Assembly: GCA_963780185.1 (NCBI GenBank)
Contig: CAWABA010000012.1
Span: 1 to 43,845, forward strand
Length of the DNA stretch: 43,845 nt
From: Candidatus Bathyarchaeota archaeon
GTDB taxonomy: Archaea > Thermoproteota > Bathyarchaeia > Bathyarchaeales > Bathycorpusculaceae
Direction of reading: 5' to 3'
Both the position numbers and the translations under genes were made by a program. The notes under the pieces were generated by a model. That model was given only the letters and a program-made list of their open reading frames with translations, had not been told where the DNA came from and ran no database searches. The stretch's first letter is position 1. The number at the start of each line of letters is the position of its first letter. Positions 8,434-17,726 of this stretch are shown here, one piece after another.

Positions 8434-10089
8434 ATGCCCGAAAATACAGACATGCAAAATCGTGGCTTGATTGGCCTCATGGCAGATATCAAGAACGGGA
8501 TTATACGTATACCTGATTTTCAGAGAGGCTATATCTGGACAAGAGATCAAATTACGGAATTGCTTGATAGTGTTTGGAACGGTTATCCATTAGGGTCGAT
8601 ATTGCTATGGAAAACTAGAGAAGATTTGAAGGAAAGAGACCCTTTAAACTTACGATTGCCAAAACCACCTGATAAATCTGAACGTAATTATTTGCTTGAC
8701 GGACAGCAAAGACTCATTACTTTGTATTCTGTTGTACATGGAAAAGTGCTTTTGACAAGAAAGCTAAAAGCGCAAGCTTTCTTTCATTTGGATAAAAAAA
8801 ATTTTGTGCTCAAATCTGACGAAGAACTCGTCGAAACTCCTCTAACTTTAGAACAAGGCTTTCTACCATTAACAAAAATGTTCTGTTTTGCAGATGATGC
8901 CTATTCCTCTGCAGGTCAAGATAGGGAGATAATGCGTGCACTTACCGGAAATCCTGATCGAAGTATGGCTTATACCGATTTGTATGGTCAATTTAGCAGT
9001 TTAAAGTTTCCAACCGTAACTAATGGCCAACCACTAGCAGTTGCTTGCAAAATTTTTGAGCGACTAAATAATACTGGGACCAGATTAACGGTCGCGGACT
9101 TGATGGTTGCCATAACGTACAGGCATAATTTCAATCTCAGAGACAAATTGGTAGAGGTTAATGATGATTTCGAGTCTAAATACTATGCGTTGAGTGAAAG
9201 AACAATTCTTCAATGTATATCTGCTTGCTTAGAGAAGGGAACCGAGAAAGATAACATAATCGATTCTTCAAACAAGATTCATGAAGAATGGGAAAAGAGT
9301 ATTGAGTCAACACAGCTAGCGGCTGATTTCCTTAGAGCACATTGTTACGTTCCTGTTTCAAAATTCTTACCTTATGAAATAATTTTGGCACCATTATCCT
9401 ATTTCTTTTATAAATATGGCAGCAAACCGTTAGACCCTGCGAGGGCTCAGAGGCTAAAAAAATATTTCTGGCTTAATATGCTCTCAGAAAGATACACATC
9501 GTCCCAATCAAGCCGCGCCGAAGAAGACATCAAGAACATGGACTTGCTTTTATCGAATCCCGACATAGATCTGTTTAATTATTATGAGAAACCGGTTACG
9601 AAGGAAACAATTAAGGCTCTTGACATGAGCTTCAATTCAGGTCTTGCCGTAACAGTTTTGTGCTTCTTGGCATCTAAGAACCCCCGAGAATTCCAAAATG
9701 ATTTGATTGTACGACTTGACCAGACTTTTGGAGAAGCAAATCAAAGTCAATTGCATCACATCTTCCCAGTAAATTATCTGAAGATCAAATTCGAAAAGGA
9801 TGAGAAATATTTTAAGACTTACATTAAGCCTTACATAAACAGCATAGCGAATATATCCCTAATTTCAAGAGCTTGTAATAGAGATATTTGGGACAAGGAA
9901 CCGAGTGTCTATTTTGGACAATTCGAAAAACGTAACAGTATGCTTCGGAGAGACTTGGAGACTCACTTAATTACTGACGTGGATAATTTTGGACTTAAGT
10001 CAAATGACTTTCCTAAGTTTATCGATGCACGTGCGGACCGAATAGCTAATGAAATCAACGGTTTCGCAACTTCCCTAAAAGAAAACTAA
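8434..10089 (+). CDS. GmrSD-family (DUF262 + DUF1524/HNH) modification-dependent restriction nuclease
   Basis: IPDFQRGYIW, GYPLGSILLW, LLDGQQRL, IFERLNNTG, LHHIFP...NSIANISLI...N; start moved to ATG 8434. Confidence 0.9.
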   Translation: MPENTDMQNRGLIGLMADIKNGIIRIPDFQRGYIWTRDQITELLDSVWNGYPLGSILLWKTREDLKERDPLNLRLPKPPDKSERNYLLDGQQRLITLYSVVHGKVLLTRKLKAQAFFHLDKKNFVLKSDEELVETPLTLEQGFLPLTKMFCFADDAYSSAGQDREIMRALTGNPDRSMAYTDLYGQFSSLKFPTVTNGQPLAVACKIFERLNNTGTRLTVADLMVAITYRHNFNLRDKLVEVNDDFESKYYALSERTILQCISACLEKGTEKDNIIDSSNKIHEEWEKSIESTQLAADFLRAHCYVPVSKFLPYEIILAPLSYFFYKYGSKPLDPARAQRLKKYFWLNMLSERYTSSQSSRAEEDIKNMDLLLSNPDIDLFNYYEKPVTKETIKALDMSFNSGLAVTVLCFLASKNPREFQNDLIVRLDQTFGEANQSQLHHIFPVNYLKIKFEKDEKYFKTYIKPYINSIANISLISRACNRDIWDKEPSVYFGQFEKRNSMLRRDLETHLITDVDNFGLKSNDFPKFIDARADRIANEINGFATSLKEN

Positions 10090-10188
10090 AACATTTCTTC
10101 GTTTTCTATATTTGTCAATTAGTTGAGCTTTCTCTAGAAATAAAGTGTTTTTTCCCATTTTTATTGTTGCCAGCGGAGGCTATGCAGT

Positions 10189-11661
10189 TTGCAAAACCAA
10201 GAATATTTCCGTATCAAAAAATTTCGAAGAACCTATGACCGAGAGGCAGGAAAATTTGCGTTTGACATCAGCTACGAAACCCACACCCAAATCACGCCAA
10301 GAAGCCTGGTTGTGGCTGAAGCGTTCGGGCTCGGCATCGATGAAGCCCAGAAATTCAAGGTTTTAGACGCTGAACTCAAGATAAGCCCAACCGACATCGT
10401 GTACGTCAGCGGGGACAGCGGCAGCGGAAAAAGCGTTTTGCTGCGTGCAATTCGGGCAGATTTGGGTGGCGAAGCGGTGGATTTATCCGAGGTCTCGGTT
10501 GACGCCAATAAGCCTTTGATCGAAACCGTCGGCGAAACGGTTGAGGAAGGCTTGGAGCTTCTGAGCAAAGTCGGTTTAAACGATGCTTTCCTGTTTCTGC
10601 GCACCTACAACCAACTCAGCGACGGCCAGAAATACCGTTACCGAATAGCCAAGCTAATTGAAAGCGGCAAACAATGGTGGCTCATGGACGAATTCGCCGC
10701 TTGCTTGGACAGGGACACCGCCAAAATCATTGCGTTTAACCTGCAGAAGATAGCTCGGCAGCAGGGCAAGGCAGTGATTGCGGCTACAACCCATGGCGAC
10801 TTGTTCGGCGACCTTGCGCCCAGCGTGCATGTGCATAAGCGGTTCGGCGAAGAAATCCAAATAAGCTATTATCCCAACAATTCAGCGGCAGAATGTAGCC
10901 TCTTCAAAGAGATGAAGGTCGAGTCGGGGGCGATGGAGGATTGGCGCAGACTTAGCCGTTTCCATTACCGATGACATCGAACGGCTGCTCCCCGAAGAAT
11001 CTTTAGAATTGTGCGAGGCGGAGAACTTTGCGGCGTCATCGTTTACAGTTACCCACCGCCCCGCTGCTACGGACGACGGCTTGTGCTACCCTGCCTGTCG
11101 ATAGCCGAAGCCAACAAGCAACTAAGCATCATTAGCCGAGTGGTTATTCACCCCAAGTACCGAACAATCGGTTTAGGCGCCAAATTGATCAGAGAAACGC
11201 TTCCCCTGGCGGGAACGCCTTACGTGGAGTTGATTGCAGTGATGGCGAAGTACTCTCCGTTTGCCGAAAAGGCTGGGATGCAGAAAATAATTCAGCAGGA
11301 ATTTACAGACAGCGTAGTAGAAGTAGCAAAAACTCTTTCTCAGCTCGGCTTCGACTTGCATCTGCTGGGAAGCGGCAGCTACGTCAAGGAGAAACTTGAC
11401 AGCTTAGGCCGCAAACAAATGTGTCAGCTAAAAGAAGCCTTCGCCAAAAAAGGGCATCTGCGGTTTAGACAGGAACTTGCCTGCCGACAACCCTTCGGAA
11501 AGACATCCGACTACCTTAAAAACCTGCAAAATGCTGACAGCGAAAAGATGGCTAAGCTCATAAAAATCGTCGGGGTTCTGATGCAAACTAAAGTCTACTT
11601 ATTTTGGAAAAACAGTACCTACCCGCAACCTGCGCATGAACTTGGAAGTCCCGTGCGATAA
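10189..11661 (+). CDS. ABC-type ATPase fused to a GNAT acetyltransferase (COG2401-like), interrupted by an in-frame TGA at 10972-10974
   Basis: Walker A GDSGSGKS, signature LSDGQKYR, Walker B WLMDEF, H-loop ATTH, GNAT motif ISRVVIHPKYRTIGLG. Both ORFs share one frame: FHYR*HRTAAPRRIFRIVRGGELCG. Confidence 0.85.
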
Positions 11662-11702
11662 GCAGATAAAGGATTCTGCAGATTCAAACAGGGGAAATCG
11701 CA

Positions 11703-12518
11703 ATGTCACTGATTTACGTGCAGCCTAGAATTTGGAAATGCCACGGCATAGCGGAGCATGCGGAGTATTGTTTTGACGATTTTCTGAAATTCGCAAACGA
11801 ACATGGCTGCAACCTTGAATTGGGAACCTTTGCCTACGCGAACGCGCTTGACGGTAATTGGCGTAGCCTCGTTAGGGGGCATCAACGTGGGCTTTCAGCA
11901 TTCAAAGGCGAAGTGTCGGTCCACGGCGTTTTTCAGGACATTTGCATACACAGCAACGACAACAAAATAGCGAAGGTCTCAAGACAGCGAATCCTCAGAA
12001 ACATGGACATCGCTAAAGCCCTCAGAGCCAAATACGTGGTTTTCCATGCAAACTTTAACCCCTTCGTTTACGGCGAACTCTACAGGAGCAACTGGATTGC
12101 GCGTAACGCCAGTTTCTGGAGAGAAGTCCTCGACAAATACGAAGCCACGGTGCTTCTGGAAAACTTTTGGGAACCCTCACCCGAAATTTTGAGCGCCCTC
12201 CTAAATGAGGTTGGCAGGTCGCGCCTAAAGGTCTGCTTGGACACGGGGCACGTGAACGCTTTCTCCAAAGTAAGCATCGAAGAATGGGTAGCTAAACTGA
12301 ACACGCTGGTTCCCTACATGCATTTCAGTGACAACATGGGCAAATCCGACCAGCACTTGGAAATAGGCAGAGGCAACATCAACTGGCAAGCCTTAACCAC
12401 CGCTCTCGAGAAGTACAAGGTTAAACCCGAAGTCGTCCTTGAAACTGAAACAATAAAGAAAACCGAAGACTCATTGACGTATTTAGCGAAGAACAAATTC
12501 TACCCCTTTAATCGTTGA
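11703..12518 (+). CDS. Sugar phosphate isomerase/epimerase (AP endonuclease family 2 TIM barrel)
   Basis: VVFH, LLEN, CLDTGH, HFSDN...DQHLEIGRG and VVLE metal-binding motifs. Confidence 0.85.
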   Translation: MSLIYVQPRIWKCHGIAEHAEYCFDDFLKFANEHGCNLELGTFAYANALDGNWRSLVRGHQRGLSAFKGEVSVHGVFQDICIHSNDNKIAKVSRQRILRNMDIAKALRAKYVVFHANFNPFVYGELYRSNWIARNASFWREVLDKYEATVLLENFWEPSPEILSALLNEVGRSRLKVCLDTGHVNAFSKVSIEEWVAKLNTLVPYMHFSDNMGKSDQHLEIGRGNINWQALTTALEKYKVKPEVVLETETIKKTEDSLTYLAKNKFYPFNR

Positions 12519-12741
12519 TTTCCCAAATTGAAATTGAATCAGTGTTTTCTTTTTTCACAAACAATTAAAATTACTTCCAAGTCCAGCATGAATAAAAATC
12601 AAACGTGGGTAAATTTGGGGAAGGGGCTTTCATTGGTGACTTGCAACGTTGGGAAGCAAAAACGGTTATTAATAAGGAAACAAGTTACGCATTACGCACA
12701 GACACGAAACGTGGTTGACCGCAAAATAGGAAGAAAGCTGT

Positions 12742-13701
12742 ATGAAACTCTTGAAGAAAATGTTTATTGTCCTGATACTTGCAATGGTCGCAGTTTCAGC
12801 AATAAGCCTGTTGACCGATTCGGTGTCAGCTGCCAGTGTCCTTAGCGGTCAAGCATCTGTATCCGCAAAGTCCTACGGCGTTGGACAAAATACCCAATAT
12901 ACAGTTACAATAACGAACACGGGTACTGGAATCATTGGCAGCGCAAACATAACGGTTCCTAACGGTTACATCAACATGGGTAATTTTGCGGTTACCCAGC
13001 CAACTTCGCAAAATTGGGTTGCGTCGCTGCAAACTGTTAAAGTTTCTTCCTCTAAAACTGATTATTATGTTCTTCTTTATGGGTCGACTCAAGGGTTAAG
13101 CACAAATCAGATTGTAACTTTAACTTTTGACGCAAAAAACCCCTTGGTATCGGCATCTTACAAGTGGGTAGTTGGCGTCAGCGGAAACACAACGTCAACG
13201 GGAACTAGCATTTCGCAATCTGTTACCGTGACCAAAAGTTCTTCGATAGTGGTAAATTCACTCACCGCGGCACTTTTGATCTTCGCAATTGCACTCGGCA
13301 TCGCAGTCTTAAACACCGCTCTAAACAGGGTTTTAATTAATTACTTCATAGGCTGGGAGCAGTATCGGGTTATGCAGAAGGAAATGAACGAGTACCGACA
13401 AGAAACCATGGCTGCCGCCAGAAGCAAAGACAAGAAGCAGATGGAGAAACTCAAGAAAAGACAATCTCAAATCAACAACATGCAGTCAAAAATGCTAAAG
13501 CCACAGATGGTTCAACTCGGCGTATCATTCCTATACATATTCATCTGGATTTTCGTCTTAACACCCACATACGGAGTTACCTCACTGGTTTACCTGCCTG
13601 GCCTCGGCAGCGTTTCAGTGGTCTACTGGTACCCTATATGCTCATTCTTCCTCGGCATCTTAGCCTCACGCATACTTGGAATAATGCCCATTGAACCCTA
13701 A
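12742..13701 (+). CDS. EMC3/TMCO1 (DUF106, Oxa1 superfamily) protein with an N-terminal signal peptide and extracellular beta domain
   Basis: TM, coiled coil (MQKEMNEYRQE...KKQMEKLKKRQ), TM, then WYPICSF; directly upstream of cmk as in the conserved archaeal order. Confidence 0.85.
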   Translation: MKLLKKMFIVLILAMVAVSAISLLTDSVSAASVLSGQASVSAKSYGVGQNTQYTVTITNTGTGIIGSANITVPNGYINMGNFAVTQPTSQNWVASLQTVKVSSSKTDYYVLLYGSTQGLSTNQIVTLTFDAKNPLVSASYKWVVGVSGNTTSTGTSISQSVTVTKSSSIVVNSLTAALLIFAIALGIAVLNTALNRVLINYFIGWEQYRVMQKEMNEYRQETMAAARSKDKKQMEKLKKRQSQINNMQSKMLKPQMVQLGVSFLYIFIWIFVLTPTYGVTSLVYLPGLGSVSVVYWYPICSFFLGILASRILGIMPIEP

Positions 13702-13713
13702 TGCAGAAAAACG

Positions 13714-14340
13714 ATGGTGACGCCGATGTCTAAAGAATCTCCCCCCTGTTCATCTGACAAAAAAATGGTAATCTGCATTTCAGGAATGGCAGGCACCGGA
13801 AAAAGCACCCTATCCAAGAAACTTGCAAAAAAATACAACCTTAAATGCTATTCAGGCGGCGACGCACTCAAAGAAATGGCAAAAGCAGAAGGCTACGATG
13901 CGACGCGTGAAGGCTGGTGGGAAACCCCCGAAGGCCTGAATTTTCTTAGGACAAGAGCAAGCGACCCTAAATTCGACAGCGCAGTGGACGCCAAGCTCTT
14001 GGAGTATGCTTGCAAAGGAAACGTCCTCTTGGACAGCTGGACTATGCCTTGGCTGCTCAAAGGCGGTTTTAAAATTTGGTTGATGGCTTCAATTGAGAAG
14101 AGAGCAGCTAGAGTTGCTGGGCGCGACGGAATTACCCCTGACGAAGCGATTAAGGTTTTGGAGGAAAAGGAAGCTAGAACCAAAGCGATTTACAAGGAGC
14201 TTTACGGTTTTGTTTTAGGTGAAGATTTGGCGCCTTTTGATTTGGTTTTAGATACGGATAAGTTGAGTGCGGATGAAGTTTTTGAGGTCTTGTGTAGAGT
14301 CATCGGCAACGTTGTTATCCCCGGTTCTTCGTCTAACTGA
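13714..14340 (+). CDS. cmk: Cytidylate kinase (archaeal type)
   Basis: ISGMAGTGKST P-loop, SGGD, RA.RVA.RDG, YKELYG, DLVLDTDKLS. Confidence 0.9.
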   Translation: MVTPMSKESPPCSSDKKMVICISGMAGTGKSTLSKKLAKKYNLKCYSGGDALKEMAKAEGYDATREGWWETPEGLNFLRTRASDPKFDSAVDAKLLEYACKGNVLLDSWTMPWLLKGGFKIWLMASIEKRAARVAGRDGITPDEAIKVLEEKEARTKAIYKELYGFVLGEDLAPFDLVLDTDKLSADEVFEVLCRVIGNVVIPGSSSN

Positions 14341-14408
14341 ATAGAACTATCTTCTAGAACAGAGTTACAGACGACTTAAACCCTCAACACACCAATACCC
14401 CTTAGCGA

Positions 14409-14819
14409 ATGCCATCGAAATAGGAGGAAAGGCAAGCGAAAACACGAAGTTACCTAGCCTCGATTCTATGTGTTGGAGCAGTAATCGTCTGCATTGTTGA
14501 GTCTATTCGCTTAGCTAACCTTCAGTCAACAATGGCTTTGGCTATTTTTAACACGCTTTTTGTTTCCCTGGCTTTTCAGTTAAGCGGCAGCCTAAACCGA
14601 AAACTTTTCCTCTTAGCGTTAGGCAACCTAACGGGGCTATGCTGGAACTATCTGTTTGCCGCTTTCGCCTTAGCTGCAACCAACGTCTTCGGCAAAATTT
14701 TTCTCGGTGTCTACTCTGTTTTCTTCCCTTTTGTGAGTTCCGTTTGGATAGTTTCGTTTTGGGCTCTAAGCCTAACCGTTCTTCGCCGCACCGCCCCTCA
14801 CCCTGAGGTTCACCATTGA
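14409..14819 (+). CDS. Membrane protein upstream of GT2 (ORF track start 14532; frame extends to ATG 14409 across a TAG at 14421)
   Basis: Three to four hydrophobic helices; 4-nt overlap with the GT2 start. Confidence 0.6.
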
Positions 14820-16114
14820 TTTCTCTGATTTTAGAGATTCTCTTCGTGTTTTTGACAGGGTTAATGCTGGCTTACCTTGTAAGGCATTACATTTTCACTA
14901 TCACTGTGCTTAGAGGAGCAGGCAAAAACAGAAACGGAGGCAACTCTGCGGCTTTGGGATTTGAGCCTTTCGTTTCCATACTTATTCCTGCGCATAATGA
15001 GGAGAAAGTAATTGGGCGGCTGCTTGAACGCGTCACTGAGTTGACGTACCCAAAAAATAAACTGCAAGTTATAGTCGTTGACGACGCATCAACTGACAGA
15101 ACGGGAGCCATAACGGACGATTACCAGAGCAAGTATCCCTTCATAGAAGTGCTGCATCGGGAACGGGGCAAAGGCGGCAAAGGAAAAGCCGCGGCTTGCA
15201 ACGAAGGCTTCAGCAAATCAACCGGGGAAATACTGCTTAGTTTTGACGCCGACTACTATCCAACAAGAGATATCGTGGAGAAGCTTGTCTCCAAATTCGT
15301 TGACCCTACCGTCGGCGCCGTTCAAGGCAGAGTCGTTGTTTTAAATGAACCTCAAAACATCGTCACGCGGCTAGTTGCTTTGGAGCGGATAGGCGGGTAC
15401 CGCGTTGATCAAGAAGCCAGAGACGCCTTGAAGTTGATTGCGCAGTACGGCGGAACAGTCGGCGGATTCAGAAGCAGCCTGCTCAAGATCCTTGGCGGCT
15501 GGGACGAATCCATATTGGCGGAAGACACGGATTTGACTCTGAAAGTTTACCTCGCAGGCTACAAAATCCGCTACGACGTCAACGCCGAATGCTATGAGGA
15601 AGCAGTTGATAACTGGAAGGATTATCGTCGGCAAAGGTCCAGATGGGCTAAAGGTCACATGCAGTGCTTTTTTAAGCATTCTTGGAGCGTTTTAAGAAGC
15701 AAAAAACTAAGTCTTAGAGAAAAAGTCGACGCCTTGCTTTTGTTGAATGTTTATTTTATGCCGATTTTGGCTTTTTTGTCGATGTTTACGGGATTGCTGC
15801 TGATTTTCTATGTTTCACCATTAACCAATGTAATATGGATTTTTGTCCCAATTTGCCTGTACAGTTTTGTCGGCAACTTTGCCCCTTTTTTTGAGATAGG
15901 TGTAGGTTTATATTTGGATGGCAGGGAACGGACTCAGTGGCTTATTCCGCTGTTGATATTCACCTTGTTCTATAATATTCCCATCTGCTTCAAGGCTCTG
16001 TTCGATGTCTTATCTTCAAAGATTCTTAGACGAAACACAATTCAGTGGGTTAAGACGCCTCATTTTGGTAATGGAAACTGTTATATTCAGAATTTAGACA
16101 TAACAACTGTTTAA
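14816..16114 (+). CDS. Processive glycosyltransferase family 2 (cellulose/PNAG synthase-like)
   Basis: IPAHNEE, DDASTD, GKAAA.N, FDAD, AEDTD, QRSRW (D,D,D,QxxRW); N- and C-terminal TMs. Confidence 0.92.
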   Translation: MISLILEILFVFLTGLMLAYLVRHYIFTITVLRGAGKNRNGGNSAALGFEPFVSILIPAHNEEKVIGRLLERVTELTYPKNKLQVIVVDDASTDRTGAITDDYQSKYPFIEVLHRERGKGGKGKAAACNEGFSKSTGEILLSFDADYYPTRDIVEKLVSKFVDPTVGAVQGRVVVLNEPQNIVTRLVALERIGGYRVDQEARDALKLIAQYGGTVGGFRSSLLKILGGWDESILAEDTDLTLKVYLAGYKIRYDVNAECYEEAVDNWKDYRRQRSRWAKGHMQCFFKHSWSVLRSKKLSLREKVDALLLLNVYFMPILAFLSMFTGLLLIFYVSPLTNVIWIFVPICLYSFVGNFAPFFEIGVGLYLDGRERTQWLIPLLIFTLFYNIPICFKALFDVLSSKILRRNTIQWVKTPHFGNGNCYIQNLDITTV

Positions 16115-16121
16115 GATAGTC

Positions 16122-16391
16122 ATGACTGCCGTTCAGACTTGGATCACGCTTGTAACTTATTTAGCGTCGGGCGCCACAATGATATTTATGCTCTTTTTTT
16201 TGCCTGCAATCATAGAGATAAAGATGCCGAAAGATGCGGGACCTAGAATTCTAAGCGAAAAACCTCTCAAGATGACGCTTGCAACGCTCAAACTCACTTT
16301 AACGGATATTGAGGAAATCCCACTGTTGCTTAATAAATTCCCAATCAAAAACCCAGCGTGTTTGAACGCTCTTTTCAATATCGAGTTTTAG
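16122..16391 (+). CDS. Small single-TM protein (LPAIIEIKMPKDAGP), probable GT2 accessory
   Basis: 7 nt after the GT2 stop, same strand; one hydrophobic helix. Confidence 0.6.
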   Translation: MTAVQTWITLVTYLASGATMIFMLFFLPAIIEIKMPKDAGPRILSEKPLKMTLATLKLTLTDIEEIPLLLNKFPIKNPACLNALFNIEF

Positions 16392-17431
16392 TGGCTTTTC
16401 TTGAAAACTAAGCCTGCGTTTCTCCACTGGTCAAACGCAACCGAAACATTCCCCCGCGGACCCCCCTGAACCGAATAGAAAATGTAACACAGGTAGTTGC
16501 ATTGTGAACATTCGTGGTAGCCGATGCGTAAGTTTTTGAATTCTTTGCTTTTCCACAGCTTCGGCAAATCGAAAACTGAACCAGCGAAGTCGTGGCTGTG
16601 GCATCCTGCAACTCTGCCCATCGGGTCAACAACAAAAAAGTTCTTAAACGCCTCACACTTCCATGGTCTTTCTCCTGTCGCATAAAAGTTTCTTAAGGTT
16701 TTGAGCAGTTTTTTCGTTACCAGGATTTTGCTGTTTTTCTTTTTCATCTCAATTAGGGAATCACAAAGTTTCACGACGGCTTGTTTGTCGGTGATTATGA
16801 ACTCGTCATTTTCTTTTCCTATGCGGAACAACTGGTTTTCTTTCGCTGAAGACTCATAGGAGTAGAGGCTGTACCAAACGGGGATTCCTTTTTGAGTAAA
16901 ATATTGGGTTAGCTCAGTTATTTCATAAACGTTTTTTTGTGAGATAGTGGGTGTAACGGCTACGTTTATTCCTTCTTTGTCTAGCGTTTCGACGGTTTCC
17001 ATAGCCCTTTTCCATGCGCCTGGTACGGTTTTGATTGAGTCGTTTTTTGCTTCATCTAGGCTGTCTATTGAAATAGCGACGAAATCCACTTTTCGTAGAA
17101 GGTCCATTTTTTTCGCTGCCATGCTTCCGTTGTCATAAACCGTCGTTATGAAGGATTTTGTGGCACGGTCAATTATCTCGCCGATGTCATCGCGGAGAAG
17201 CGGGTTTCCCCCTGAGATAACGACTTCCGCTATCCCCATTTTTTTCAGGATATCTAACCCTTTCACTATATCCTTGGCTGGGAGCTCTCTTTCATCTTTT
17301 TCTTTCCAGACGTTGCAGCCTGCGCAGCGGTAGTTGCATTTTCTTGTCACAAGCCACTGGGCATGATGAGGTCTACCTGGCGCAAGGGACCGCGTTGTAA
17401 CTGACACTGCTTTTTTGAGGTCTGGAGTCAA
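16388..17431 (-). CDS. Radical SAM protein with SPASM-like C-terminus
   Basis: CNYRCAGC, ISGGNPLLR, ISIDS; C-terminal C...G.V.GC...CSQCNYLC. Confidence 0.9.
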   Translation of the reverse strand: MTPDLKKAVSVTTRSLAPGRPHHAQWLVTRKCNYRCAGCNVWKEKDERELPAKDIVKGLDILKKMGIAEVVISGGNPLLRDDIGEIIDRATKSFITTVYDNGSMAAKKMDLLRKVDFVAISIDSLDEAKNDSIKTVPGAWKRAMETVETLDKEGINVAVTPTISQKNVYEITELTQYFTQKGIPVWYSLYSYESSAKENQLFRIGKENDEFIITDKQAVVKLCDSLIEMKKKNSKILVTKKLLKTLRNFYATGERPWKCEAFKNFFVVDPMGRVAGCHSHDFAGSVFDLPKLWKSKEFKNLRIGYHECSQCNYLCYIFYSVQGGPRGNVSVAFDQWRNAGLVFKKSH

Positions 17432-17726
17432 ACAGTTATCACTGGCTGGGATATTGAATGTTTAGTGTAATAAAATTAGGGTATAAAAACAATTATCCAT
17501 TGTCTAATTTTTGAAGTTTACTTTTTTCTTTAGAAGAAAAGTCTGTTTTACGCGTCGTTTTTTCTGTCTTGTTTTCCCACTGTTTTCTCAAAAAAGTAGC
17601 GTGGTGGCTTGCTTAAAGGAGGTGAGGCAACCTTCTTTCTTCTGGGTGAGTTTTCGTTTATTTTTGAGAGGGTTTTTATAAATGATATGTCTGGTTGTAT
17701 GCTAGAATCTTTCACTCTTTTTCGGA

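Larger units (their letters stand above)
1..11661 (+). mobile_element. Probable provirus (tailed archaeal virus), distal arm: tail, putative lysis genes, defence cargo, ABC-GNAT
   Basis: Tail-like protein, co-oriented small membrane ORFs, a phage-type 'V.W.DA' protein and AT-rich inserted defence genes. No integrase or att site is visible, so both boundaries are approximate. Confidence 0.6.

Noticed and set aside
11600-12740. Search for a provirus att site or tRNA fragment
   Set aside because: No tRNA-like sequence or identifiable repeat; the partner site would lie outside the window.
2782-14423. Genome-wide stop-codon reassignment
   Set aside because: The in-frame stops are one each of TAA, TGA and TAG, and all three codons end normal genes in this window.
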